Of a stretch of 64,000 nucleotides of DNA, positions 32,289 through 43,552 are shown one piece after another. Location: contig OZ316891.1 in the NCBI GenBank assembly GCA_973895155.1, positions 1,479,324 to 1,543,323 of the forward strand, in the 5' to 3' direction. The notes under the pieces were generated by a model. It worked only from the letters and a program-made list of their open reading frames with translations, made no database searches and was not told the DNA's origin. Positions within the stretch are counted from its first letter, which is position 1, and each line of letters starts with the position of its first letter. This DNA comes from Marsupella aquatica (lineage: Eukaryota; Plantae; Marchantiophyta). Made by a program: the position numbers and the translations under genes.

Positions 32289-35200
32289 CCTTATCTCTTT
32301 AACTTCTATGTGGTGTGAGAACACATAAGAGAGTTCTCAAGAGAGAACACAATGATATATATAGCATGAGATGAGAGCTTGAAGAGATGGGAGCTATGGT
32401 GATGCTTGAGTAGACACATAACTGTTAATAAAGCTTGGTCTTCCCGTGGACGTAGCCAACCTTGAGGCGAACCACGTAACTATTGAGCACGTGTATGTTT
32501 GGAGTGTATTTCCTGATCTAATTTCTCCCCACAAGGTAAAGGTAGAGATGATTTGATAATGGGCAAAGCCCCTAATCTCATCTATACATGAGTTAATGAG
32601 GAGTTAATATGGGCAAAGCCCGTAATCTAACCTACATTCTCTTGATCAGTGGGCATTCCTATCGGACCTTACCTATAGATGAGTTCCAAATTTCAGAGAT
32701 ATTCTTCACACTCACAATTTCAAGAGAAAATAACATGCATTTTATGCAGATCAATGGGAAGAAACTTCATTGTCTCTAACTTATCTACTCAAAAACTTAA
32801 ACCAAACTCATACACTACAATGGAAAGTACCTCTGTACTTGGCCATACACACAGTGATTAAGACCCAAAACCAGAATCTTATACTTTGATTAAAGTTTTA
32901 TACACTTTTAGCATGCATGCCTTTACAACTTGTACAGAAGTAAGACCACAAACCTCATCCCTTCGGACCTAGGATCATGTTCATCAGACAAAATGAAAAC
33001 ACTTACTCTAAGACACTGGACTAGGATAAGGGAATTAGAAAACTAACAATGTTAAAGGTATGGTACAGATATTTAGATTATGGGCAAAACCCCTAACCTC
33101 ATCTAGTCAAGACCCAATGCGGGGTTAATATGGGCAAAACCCGTAATCTACCTTGATACACTCTTCATTTTAGGGAACGAAATAACATCGCAGACCAATG
33201 ACACATTCACCTTTGTATATTACTATTAAACAAATCTCTTAGATTGAAACTAAAATTAAGACAATTTTCATCCCCACACCCAACATAGAATTAACGGGAA
33301 AACAAAATGAATTAGATGCAGACCAAGGGAAAGAAACTCAATTCTCTCAAAACTTATTTATTGAAGAACTTGAGCCCACCTACACCACAATTGTACGTAC
33401 AACTAGTACTTGGAAACTAAATAGAGACTATCCTCATATATCTCTATACGAGGAGCCAAATAGTTTAGGGGGAACATCTTATCTCCACAAGTTACTCTAA
33501 CTTCAAATCTCCCTACATGGCTATCCCATGTCTCAATAATATTTTGAATCTACTTACATGACCTGCTACCCCATGTCTTGACACACTTGTCAAACTACCC
33601 CGTGATATTTGCAGACGTGCAGGCAGACGTGCCACTCACGAGAGACCTAACTTAACCGACACCCTCTGGTGTGATTCTGGTTCATACACCCTCTGGTGTA
33701 GCTTGAGACCTAACACCCTCTAGTGTCAACAACCCTCTGTCCACTAGCACCTCTATGCCTCCTGACACCTTTGTGTCCATCAACACCACTATACTCTCCA
33801 ATGAGCTTATTGCCATAGATTCTCCCATGATAACATTGCCCCATCCTACCCACATATGGGTTTTTTATCTTGACTTCGGGCATTTCTAAATATGGTACTT
33901 ACACCATACCAAACTAGGATTTTTATATCATTTTTATAATAATACATGATTAGCATCCGTTGATGCAACATGTCTACTCCACACTTTGGAAAACTCCCAT
34001 TTAGCAAAATTTGGGCTAATTAGCACCTTTGGTATCAATCCAGTGATCTAAAACATATAGGATAATGCCACTGCATCCCCACACAACCCACATTAATTAT
34101 CTTAATACCCCCTGGTATTAGATAGCATAAGCCATACTAAAACATGACATGGTTCCTTCGGCTACTAACCAAACTACTAATTATTTGGAACTTAGATTGT
34201 TTATTTGATGCAAGGCCATACAAGTGACCCAAATTTCAAATGCGAAGAACTAGACAAAGTTTTTCATGAAGGCATTGACCCCTCCTGTCCATAGACACCA
34301 CTGCCATGCATTTGAACTTCGAAGCTTACACCGCCTGATTACTACTGATTGACACATGATTGACACACACCACCACCGTGGTTCAACTCTCACATCTCAC
34401 CAAGAGGACCAACCGACTGTACTCTTTTTCCTTTAGGGTCATATATTTTATTTTTTCTCTACTACCCTGGTAGAGTTGTTTTTACCTCAATCTAGCATCG
34501 CTAAAGGTTTTAACGAGGCAGTCCACCTCTTTGGTCAATCAAACATACATGTCTATAAGCATACAAACACTTTTTACTATCACTGAAACTCATCTCATGC
34601 AAGTCTATAAGCATGGTGATAGATTTTTCTTACCTAGTTCTAGGACTAGTCTAGATTGTCTCCATAACTCCCATTATGTAGCCAAGGGGGAGTGTTATGA
34701 GGTAACTAGTCCTAGACCAGACTAGGAGGTTACCTTTACCACGGTTACCTCAAGACACTATATATACACCCGATTGATCCCCAACCGAGTGATTCATTCA
34801 TTCATACATTCATTCAATCTCTCTCCCTCTCCAACTATGTATGAATCCTATATCACAACAGATCCGTATTTCTGCCAAGGTTAAACATAGAAGGTGCTTT
34901 GAAGCGAGGGAGACGGGTGGACCAGTAGGATGTTGAGTACGGTTTTCGTTGGTTTCCTGAGGCTTGAATTGGTTCCTCGGTGGTAGTGTGGGGTGTGAAG
35001 TTCCCTGCTCCCTCCTGGTCAGGGGGGAGGGGCCTTTGTTCGTGTGTCGTCGGGTGGTTCTGCCCTTGATTGCTATAAAGTTGCACGGTTATTGTTAAAA
35101 ATTTAAAAAAAAGAGTGAGAAAATAGAGAGAAAAAATCTATTTTGAAAAATCCACTACAATTAGTGTTACTTTGGACTTAAGATCATCCATTTTTTACAA

Positions 35201-36172
35201 GCAATTTAAACTAAAGTGAAAAAAAACTGTTTGGAAACTGACAAAATTAAATTAGTGTTACTTGGACTCAAAATCATTTTTACCAAAATTCCTCAACACT
35301 AATAACACTAATTCTTGCATAAACAGTAATTATTGTTAACAATAAGTATGGAGGATACACTATTGCAATAATACATTTCATTACTGTACTTACTATCATA
35401 ATTTATTTAGTCTCCTTGCTTAAATAATCTCACACACTGTAAGAAAGGTGTGACTACCAATCTCAAAAGACTATAACAATTAGATTCCTTATAGTCTCAT
35501 TAATAAAAAATGACACTAAGAAAATAACCCCCAAGCATGGATTCTGATTCTGAAAATGACAATTTCAGATCATAAGATGATGAATTCTGACATGACAATT
35601 CACTCTAGATCAAATGGAATTGGATTTAGAGTAGACTCAGTACAAGCAATGAGTTTAGTCTATTGTAAGTAATTCATTCTAGTTTGATTTTGGATGTGCT
35701 GTTCAATTCATCATCAGTTAATAAAGTTTGAATTTCAATTGACCTTCATTTTTGATTATTTTTTTATGCAAGTAAGTCTCACTACTGGAAAAAATCTTAT
35801 TGTTTTATAAGTTACACGTATCAATTCACAGTTCATCACACACTATCACCAAAAATAATTATCTCACTTATTTTAATTTAGAATGACATGTATTTACTCT
35901 CAGTTCTTATATAATTCTCACACACATTAATATGATAATATTCTTTGTTCCTAAATATTGTGTATGAGACTAATTACGCTAATCATGTAGAGTAACAAAA
36001 GGGGAGCTCCGTCAAGGGTCATGAATTCGAGCCGTATGCTGACTATTTATTGTCACTATATATATAGTGTGGCTGCGTTTCAAGTTTAAGATTCCTCAGA
36101 AACTCCTCGACTCTCTCCTTCGAACAGATCGATAGAAAATTCATATATAGTATTTGCTGGAGAGGTCAGACT

Positions 36173-39100
36173 TCACTCCAATTGCCGAGTCTGAAGATTG
36201 ACAAGGCGGGCATAGCCACCACCTCGGGCAGTGAGCTCTGCATGGGAGCCCTTCTCAAGGATGCTGCCATCGTGGACCACAGCGATGGTGTCGGCTCCTC
36301 GGATAGTTGTGAGTCGGTGAGCTACGATGATTGTTGTTCGACCCTTCATCAACCTGTCAAGCGCCTCTTGCACAATTTTCTCAGATTCGGCATCCAAGGC
36401 CGAAGTCGCCTCGTCCAGAAGAAGGATGGCAGGGTTTTTGAGCACCGCACGAGCGATGGCAACCCGTTGTTTCTGCCCACCGGATAGTTGCACACCTCTT
36501 TCCCCAACTTCTGTGTTGTACCCGTTAGGAAGAGAGCTGATGAAGGTATGAGCGTTGGCAGCTGCGGCGGCTTGAACTACCTCTGCCTCACTCGCCCCAT
36601 CTCTGCCATAGAGAATATTTTCGTAGATGGTTGTAGCGAACAGTGCCGGTTCCTGTTGCACTAGGGCCACATGTTGACGCAGTGATTTCAGATTATACTT
36701 CTTTATATCCTTGCCGTCGATAAGAACCTGCCCTGAGATAGGATCGTAGAACCTTTCAATCAGAGCTATCACTGAGCTCTTACCCGACCCGCTGGCCCCT
36801 ACTAGTGCAAGGCTGCGACCAGAACGAACCTTCAAGTTCAGGTCTTTGAAGATCATCGCGTTCGGTCTTGAAGGGTAAGCAAACGTAACGTTCTTAAGCT
36901 CAATGTCTCCCAACAAACGTTTTACCTGCTCGCCCTTGGGATCGTCCGGTTCGATGGCTGTGGTTCTATCCAGCACCTTGAACACGGAGGCTACCGCTTC
37001 TCCTCCTTTAATCAAATCAGGAGCGACGGCTAACGTTTCCGACGTGGCATGAGCAGATAGGACCAGTATGAGGAAGACTTTCATGCAATCCCCAAAGTTC
37101 GCGTTCTCATCCAGGATAAGAATACCAGTGTACCATATTCCCATTGCCTGAGAACTGAAGAAACAAAATTGGGCAAATCCCAATGTAACTCCTGCTACCT
37201 GCCCTTTCAGGAAACTCTGGCCTGCAGGACCCTCCAGCTCTTTTGCAAACAATACTTGCACTTTGCTCTCTGCGTTGAATGCTGCCACTGTCCGGATATT
37301 AGTCACTGCTTCTCCAGCCAATTGAGTTGCGCGTGCATACGCCTTGCTCAGGTCTCCAGAGAAGCCCTTGAGATAGAATTTCTGGAGAATGGGCTGGATC
37401 AGTCAGTCCTCGCCTACTTGCAGCTCAGCTTCATTTTCGGAGGTCACAAATAGTGTCTAGCAACTAGTTTTGAACAGGACTGTTGGGGTAGACACCCTCC
37501 TAAGTTCCGCATCCTCACCAATCAAGGCAATTAGGAAACACTTGAATGTAGACAATAGCAGAACGGTTTCTCTCATTACGATGTTTTCTTAGATGGCATG
37601 ATCGACAGAAAGATGAGATCCGCAGCTTTCTAGGAAGAGATTGTTGCCCCCTGGAGATGCATGCAAATAAGTATCTCTGTGGTTGAGCACAAGACAAGAT
37701 CAATTCTTATTTATTGTTAACTCAGAGGCGGGAAGAGTAAACTAGGAACAACGTCCGATCAGTACCTGGCTGGCAGCTGCAAACACAAGTAACGGAGAAA
37801 CGGAGATAATGACGAGCGCTAGCTTCCATTGGAGGAAAATAGCGATTGTCCAGGCAAGCAGTACAAGCGTGACATTTTGCAAGATCAAGGCAACCCTGTC
37901 ACCGATAGCTCCTCTCACGTTGGTTGCATCGGAATTGAGACGGGCAAGTATCTGGCTGCTGTTGTTCTCCTCCTTGTCGTACCATCCTATTTCGTTCCTT
38001 AAAATTGCTGCCAGGCCCACCACCAATACACCGTTTCAGTATCCACTGCTCAATCGCAGAGGAAAGCATAACTAGAATTATAATGAACCTATTTGGTTAG
38101 GGGACAACTTAGGTGACGCATCGTTGTCAGGAATGTACGTAAACTCTCTCGAATCCTATGATCGAAGCAGACACCAATGTTCACGAACATATGGTGACAT
38201 CAGTGACCATCATGTCGAATTCGTAAGCTTGGTTGACCAGATATTCACCTTCAGCTTGCAAGTTGTTCTTGAGATTCTTACAAGACGGGTCGAAATTACG
38301 ATGGGACAAATCGTTTGAGAACTTACTTTCTTAAGATTAGGTTAGGGTCACTGAAACAAACGCAACAGTGCTCAAGGACTTGCTAGCTACTCCGGAAACA
38401 GCAGTACTTTTGGATTACTCGGCTTTTGGACATGTGGCCGTCATTTGAAGTGAGTCCCATACACTTGCAATTTTCACGAAATCCTTAATTCGTTTCGTTC
38501 AACGAAAAGTTAAACGAGTAGACCTGGCTACCGAAATAAAATTTAGACCTACCGTGTAAGGCCGTTGTCTTCATGGCGTTTTGACATCGTCGAATTTATG
38601 GTCAAATCCATTAGTTAGAGTTGTCTAAGTGTACGTGGGGTTGGATATCGCTTCTAGAAACTAAAACAACAAAACATTTATCGTATTTCCTGTGCGTTTC
38701 TAAAATGTGCGATCAAAAGTGAGTTTGTTCATTACCAGTTCCATTGAAGTCTTTATCGTCATGTTCGTCCTGTGTTTATCTTGGGCTTTGAATAGCAGTT
38801 GTTCGCGTGCTTCATGAAAGCTTGGCCTTATTCCAAACTCGAGTAACCAAAAGACCCTGTCTACAACAAACGATAAGAAATGGACACTTACAGGAGAACA
38901 ATTTTTCTCGTACGCGCTTGATGAGGTGTTCGCCCACGACTCCAATACTGTAATGCTGCAGGAGGTATATGAACACCGCTCCTACACCCATACCGACGAG
39001 AGCTTCTGCGTACGTGGCAACATCCTTCTTCATTTTCTCGGGGGGCATGTAATAACTTGTGAGCGTTTCACCTACGATCAGACCAAATGTAGGGAACAAA

Positions 39101-42100
39101 CAGCCAGCTAAGATTGACCCAACTACACCTCCTATGCAATATTTCCACTCAGGCCAGCACATTGCTAAGAGCCGTAGGAACGATCCTTTCGAACGTTGCT
39201 CCGGATTCTTCACGTCGTCGTCGTTGTCACGTGCTTCATCATTCGGCATAGATTTTCCGGAAAATTCACTGCGGCAAGACAGGCCTCCTCTTAGCAGACT
39301 GCAGAGAGAAGGTATATAATTTTCAGGGCACTAGCTAGCAAGCACAGACGGTACCCTTTCCTCAATCTTTGTTCTGCTGCGAAATTTTGTCATCCTTTCC
39401 ACACCCCCTTATCATTCTTGCGCGCTGCCAAGACCTCCGAGTTTGCTTGTGTTGAGAACAAGCTTCAAAGGGACCTCTATATATGTATCGATTTTGCCCA
39501 GAACACATATGGGTATATTGAATTGAAGGACAGAACTTGTAACTTAATTTACACCTGTACTTCAAAATATAATATAATAATGGTACCTCTTGGTTGCATG
39601 TACTTCAGACATATTTAAAGATCTGGTTTACAATACTTATCATATCATACAAGGGTTTTCAATATATAAAGTTGATCCATGATTTTGAGCCAACAAGTCA
39701 ACGCTTAATGGCAGTGGTCAAGCAGGAGAGGACTTCATTTCTGCAGGACACATTCAGGATCGAGAATTCACCTGTTCGCAAGGAGACTTCTGGCAGGGCT
39801 TGGCTCGAGGCTTCTGCGTTTGTGTATGTCATCCTCTGCCAACTCCTGCAGTCGCACGAGAGCAGAATACACCCCATCGTGATTGGATAGCAGTCCCCGG
39901 TGAGTACCCTTCTCAACTACTTGACCGTGGTGCACCACTGCAATGCTGTGGGCATTTCGGATAGTTGAAAGGCGATGTGCGACAACAACTGTCGTCCTTC
40001 CTACCATCAGACGATCCAGAGCATCTTGCACGATTTGCTCCGACCCCGCATCCAAGGCACTGGTGGCCTCGTCCAGCAGTAAAACTGTCGGATTCTTGAG
40101 CATTGCCCGAGCTATGGCTACTCGTTGTTTTTGTCCTCCTGAGAGTTGGACGCCCCTCTCCCCAACCTATCATACACACGTCAAGACATGAACAATACAA
40201 CAGTGGCAGGCTCAATATATATTCACATCTTGAAGAAAGCTCTTAGTTCAAAATGGCTCTTGAATTTCTTGAGAGACTTTCCTTTGGTGGATCGAGGCAG
40301 TCTTCTAACTTCTACGAGATATCTCATCTACACTTTCTATCAGCTTTGACTACGTCCAGCTCAGTCCAACATTCAGAAGTCTGCTTTGTTTCTTGAAGTG
40401 TTCTAGCTGTTTCAAACCATGTGTGTGCTTGGATGTACGTGTTAGACTCAGTAAGCGAATGAGGTCTTTACTTCGTACGAACCTGAGTTTGATAGCCAAG
40501 TGGAAGTTTCTCGATGAAAGAATGTGCATTGGCAGCTATTGCAGCCTCCTCAACCTCCTCCTGGGTGGCATCCTCCTTCCCATACAAAATGTTCCCAATA
40601 ATGGTGGTCGCGAACAGTGCAGGCTCCTGGTTTACAAGTCCAATTCGCCCTCGTAGCCACTTCAGGTTTAGCGTTTTAATGTCATGCCCATCTAGCAAAA
40701 CCTCGCCTGTAAGCAAAATTTCCCTATCACTGTTAGTCAGTCTTGGATGAGGCATCTTGGATGAGGCAACGAAACCTGAGCAGTAAACAACGTATTGAAA
40801 TGAAATCGTTATCGGGCTTGGCGAGTATCATCTTTCAAATGCGCCTGAATGAATGAAATAAAGATCATTCTACTGTTCAATTCAAGCAACTTTGCTGCGG
40901 GAAGACTCCTACTCATTATTACCTGCTATAGGATCGTAGAAACGTTCTAGTAGCGATACGACAGTACTCTTTCCGGAACCGCTAACTCCAACAACGGCCA
41001 TTGTACTCTCTGAGGGGATGGCCAAATTGAAATTTTTGAAGACCATCACATCTGGTCGTGCGGGATAGGCGAAGTCCACGTTGCGGAGCTCGATATGACC
41101 CGCAACCTTCTCGAGCGTTTGAGCATTTTTATCAAAAACATTGATTTTTGAATCATTGTGATCAATCATTTGAAAGATGGTATGAGCTGCTGCCTTTGCT
41201 CTGGCGAAGGCAGTGAGATAAGGCATCGCTTGCCCTAAAGAGCTGCATTCACATTTCAAGAGTATTAGCAAGGATAGGAGATCCCCTTTGCAGCCTATGC
41301 ATCAATTGGCGGACTGCAGTTAGGCCTAAATTTTAGCTCTTCTTCGACTCAAACTGGACATGTGCAACACTACCCGGTTTGAAGCTAGTGTGTTGAACTA
41401 GACAAATCCATAAAGTTCAGCTTAGCTAGAACGAGAGCTAGAATGTCCGCTTACCTTGCTCCAATGATGACTGCAAAAATACTAGTTATCGTGTCACCAC
41501 CATTAATCACTCCCCGGTGGACGAGAATACGCCCATACCAGATGAGGAGAGCATAGCTGGGGTACATAATTGCGTAAGTGATACCCATTCCCAACCCCAT
41601 GGCTAGACCGCCTCTTTTGCCATGCTTCATTGTCGTCTCTAAGGCAGCATTATATGCCTTGACAAATTTGGATTCGCTGACAAACGAATAGACTGTCCGC
41701 ACCTGCGCAATTGCCTGGACTGACAATAAAGCATGTTAATTTCGGAGGTCACGCTTTCTGTACAAGCACGACGTATCAAGATGAAAGCAGTGCACTACCG
41801 AAGGAGCCCATGATGCAAGGAAAGGTACGTGCTACAGACCTGTTCCGCAATCGTTCCAGCTTCTGCATACGCCTCTATGGAACGAGCAGTGGTATAGCTC
41901 CGAGCATATGCATAACAAAACCCTGCCGCGGAAATGAGAGGAATGACGGCTATCGTCACCAGAGCGATGCGCCATTGTTTGCTGAACCCGACAGCAAACC
42001 CAACCACGAAAGTGGCCATGAAGTGTATAAAATTGCCCATCTAGAAACAAGCCAAAACAGTACTGTCACTGAGTCACTTAAATAAAATGCTGCTCAAATC

Positions 42101-43552
42101 TCCATTAAATTCATGAGCACGCAGCACGGCACATTATACCTTTTCGCTAATGGCATCCTGTACCATAAGTGGGTCGGATGCTATACTGGACACAAAATTA
42201 CCAGTATGGGTATCAGTATCAAAAAATGCCACATCGCGTCGAAGTAAAGCTTCCAGGTACTTGGTCCTCAATCGCGCTGATTGTCTTTCTCCAGTGTGCA
42301 TCCAACATGACACCTCTGCACCCGAAATTGCCACACCCCAACATGCCGTAAGCGGCGGGGAATCGAAGGCGACAAATCTCAAAGTTTCAATGGAAAGAGA
42401 ACTACAGTAAGTAGAAGTCTTCACTATTTGAGAAGCCTTTCCGTAATCGAGTGCGAGATATCTTACCGATCCATGAACCAAAGAAGCATGCAAGCCCGAG
42501 GTATACCAAGTATGTTGAGTACTGCAGCACACGGTGAGTGCAACTTAGCGATTTTTTCTCAAATTCTGATTTCTGGTGGACTGAATGGAAATCAACATTT
42601 ATAGGTGCTGATTTTGCCTGCAGCACAAAATTTCAATGTTCTAGGACTTCTAGCACAAACGATGCTATGGTACGTGAAATCTAGATATTGGTGGTGTATA
42701 TATACAAGTACGGAACAGGTTAATGATTTCAGCCGGAAACATCGGTTGAATGTGAATGCAGGTAAAGATTTGTGGTCATCCACGTGTTTTGCAATATATT
42801 CAAATTAGAATGAGTAACTGCTTCTTGGGGAGTTCGTGGGGAATTTCAGTGTTTGGATTGACTCTCTTGAAATTCGTCACTTCACGATCTTCAACAATGA
42901 CCAAGAAGTGAACATTGACCGGAAACTTCATATCCGAAATTTCAAATCCCGAGAAAGCGGATGTGAAGTCATTTTAGGGGAAGATCGACAAGTCACGTAC
43001 CGTATGGAGAGGGTCGCGTGAGATCCCGTGTTTCGATGCCTTCGCCTCTCCCAATGTATTAACGAGTTTCCCGAAAAGCAGCAGGAAGGCTGGAATTCCT
43101 GCACCGTGAATTGCTGCGCCAATGAATCCAAATGACATCAGAACGCAATCGTGTGTGTCGGCAAACGAAAACAACCTGATGAACGGAACGGTTGGCTGCT
43201 TTTTCTCTCCTTTAGCTTCTTCCAGGCCAGCCGACATTGGAGGCCCATTGTCACGATTGTCAGACTCAGCTCTTACTGCAACTTGGTCCTCGCCTGCGCC
43301 GCCTTCCAAATCCACAATTCCAACGCAGTGTCCATTGTCGATGAGGCTCTCATTGACCAAGGTTTCAGAGCCGGTTCCATTTTCTGTGACGCTCCCACTG
43401 TTTTCTGAGCCCGTTCCATGTTCAGTGAATCTCCCGCTGTTCTCCGAGCCGCTTCCATTTTCTGTGAAGCTCCCGCTGTTCCCCGAGCCGCTTCCATTTT
43501 CTGTGAAGCTCCCACTGTTCTCCGAGCCATCGCCATGATCCAACGCCGCCAT
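36173..43552 (-). CDS. Full-size ABC transporter subfamily B (P-glycoprotein/MDR, ABCB1/ABCB19-like), about 11 exons
   Basis: TMD-NBD-TMD-NBD layout with [23 protein letters not shown], two Walker A motifs ([18 protein letters not shown]) and [14 protein letters not shown] / [11 protein letters not shown] twice. Approximate exons: 43552-43001, 42523-42466, 42315-42140, 42040-41840, 41716-41455, 41243-40923, 40706-40484, 40166-39772, 39299-38892, 38009-37766, 37381-36173. Confidence 0.95.
43369..43531 (-). repeat. 39-bp coding tandem repeat ([13 protein letters not shown], about 4 copies) in the ABCB N-terminus
   Basis: Visible both in the DNA and in the translation of ABCB exon 1. Confidence 0.9.

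Larger units (their letters stand above)
28761..32533 (+). mobile_element. Rearranged Ty1/Copia (Tork/Tnt1-like) element nested in the Bianca-type element; LTRs 28761-29087 and 31565-32533 (second interrupted by a MITE)
   Basis: 327-bp TG...CA LTRs differing by about 6 transitions, TSD AGGTA and PPT AAGGGGGAG before the second LTR. PBS, gag and protease are missing. Confidence 0.92.
27487..34860 (+). mobile_element. Non-autonomous or decayed Ty1/Copia Bianca-type LTR retrotransposon (LTRs 27487-27654 and 34693-34860)
   Basis: 168-bp TG...CA LTRs with 2 mismatches. PBS CGTTATCAGCACG directly follows the 5' LTR and PPT AAGGGGGAG precedes the 3' LTR. Bianca-like 3' motifs TGTACTCTTTTTCC and GGTTTTAACGAGGCA; TSD GATCT/GATCC; no long ORF of its own. 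Confidence 0.88.
9149..35113 (+). mobile_element. 5'-truncated L1-like LINE (about 1.4 kb of own sequence: 9149-9970, 27146-27486, 34866-35113) split by nested insertions
   Basis: 13-bp TSD AGTGAGAAAATAG at 9136-9148 and 35114-35126, with an A-tail at about 35105-35112. It retains a zf-RVT remnant, and the reading frame continues across the CACTA insertion (RRTRQL|QRVVDELHF). Confidence 0.82.
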
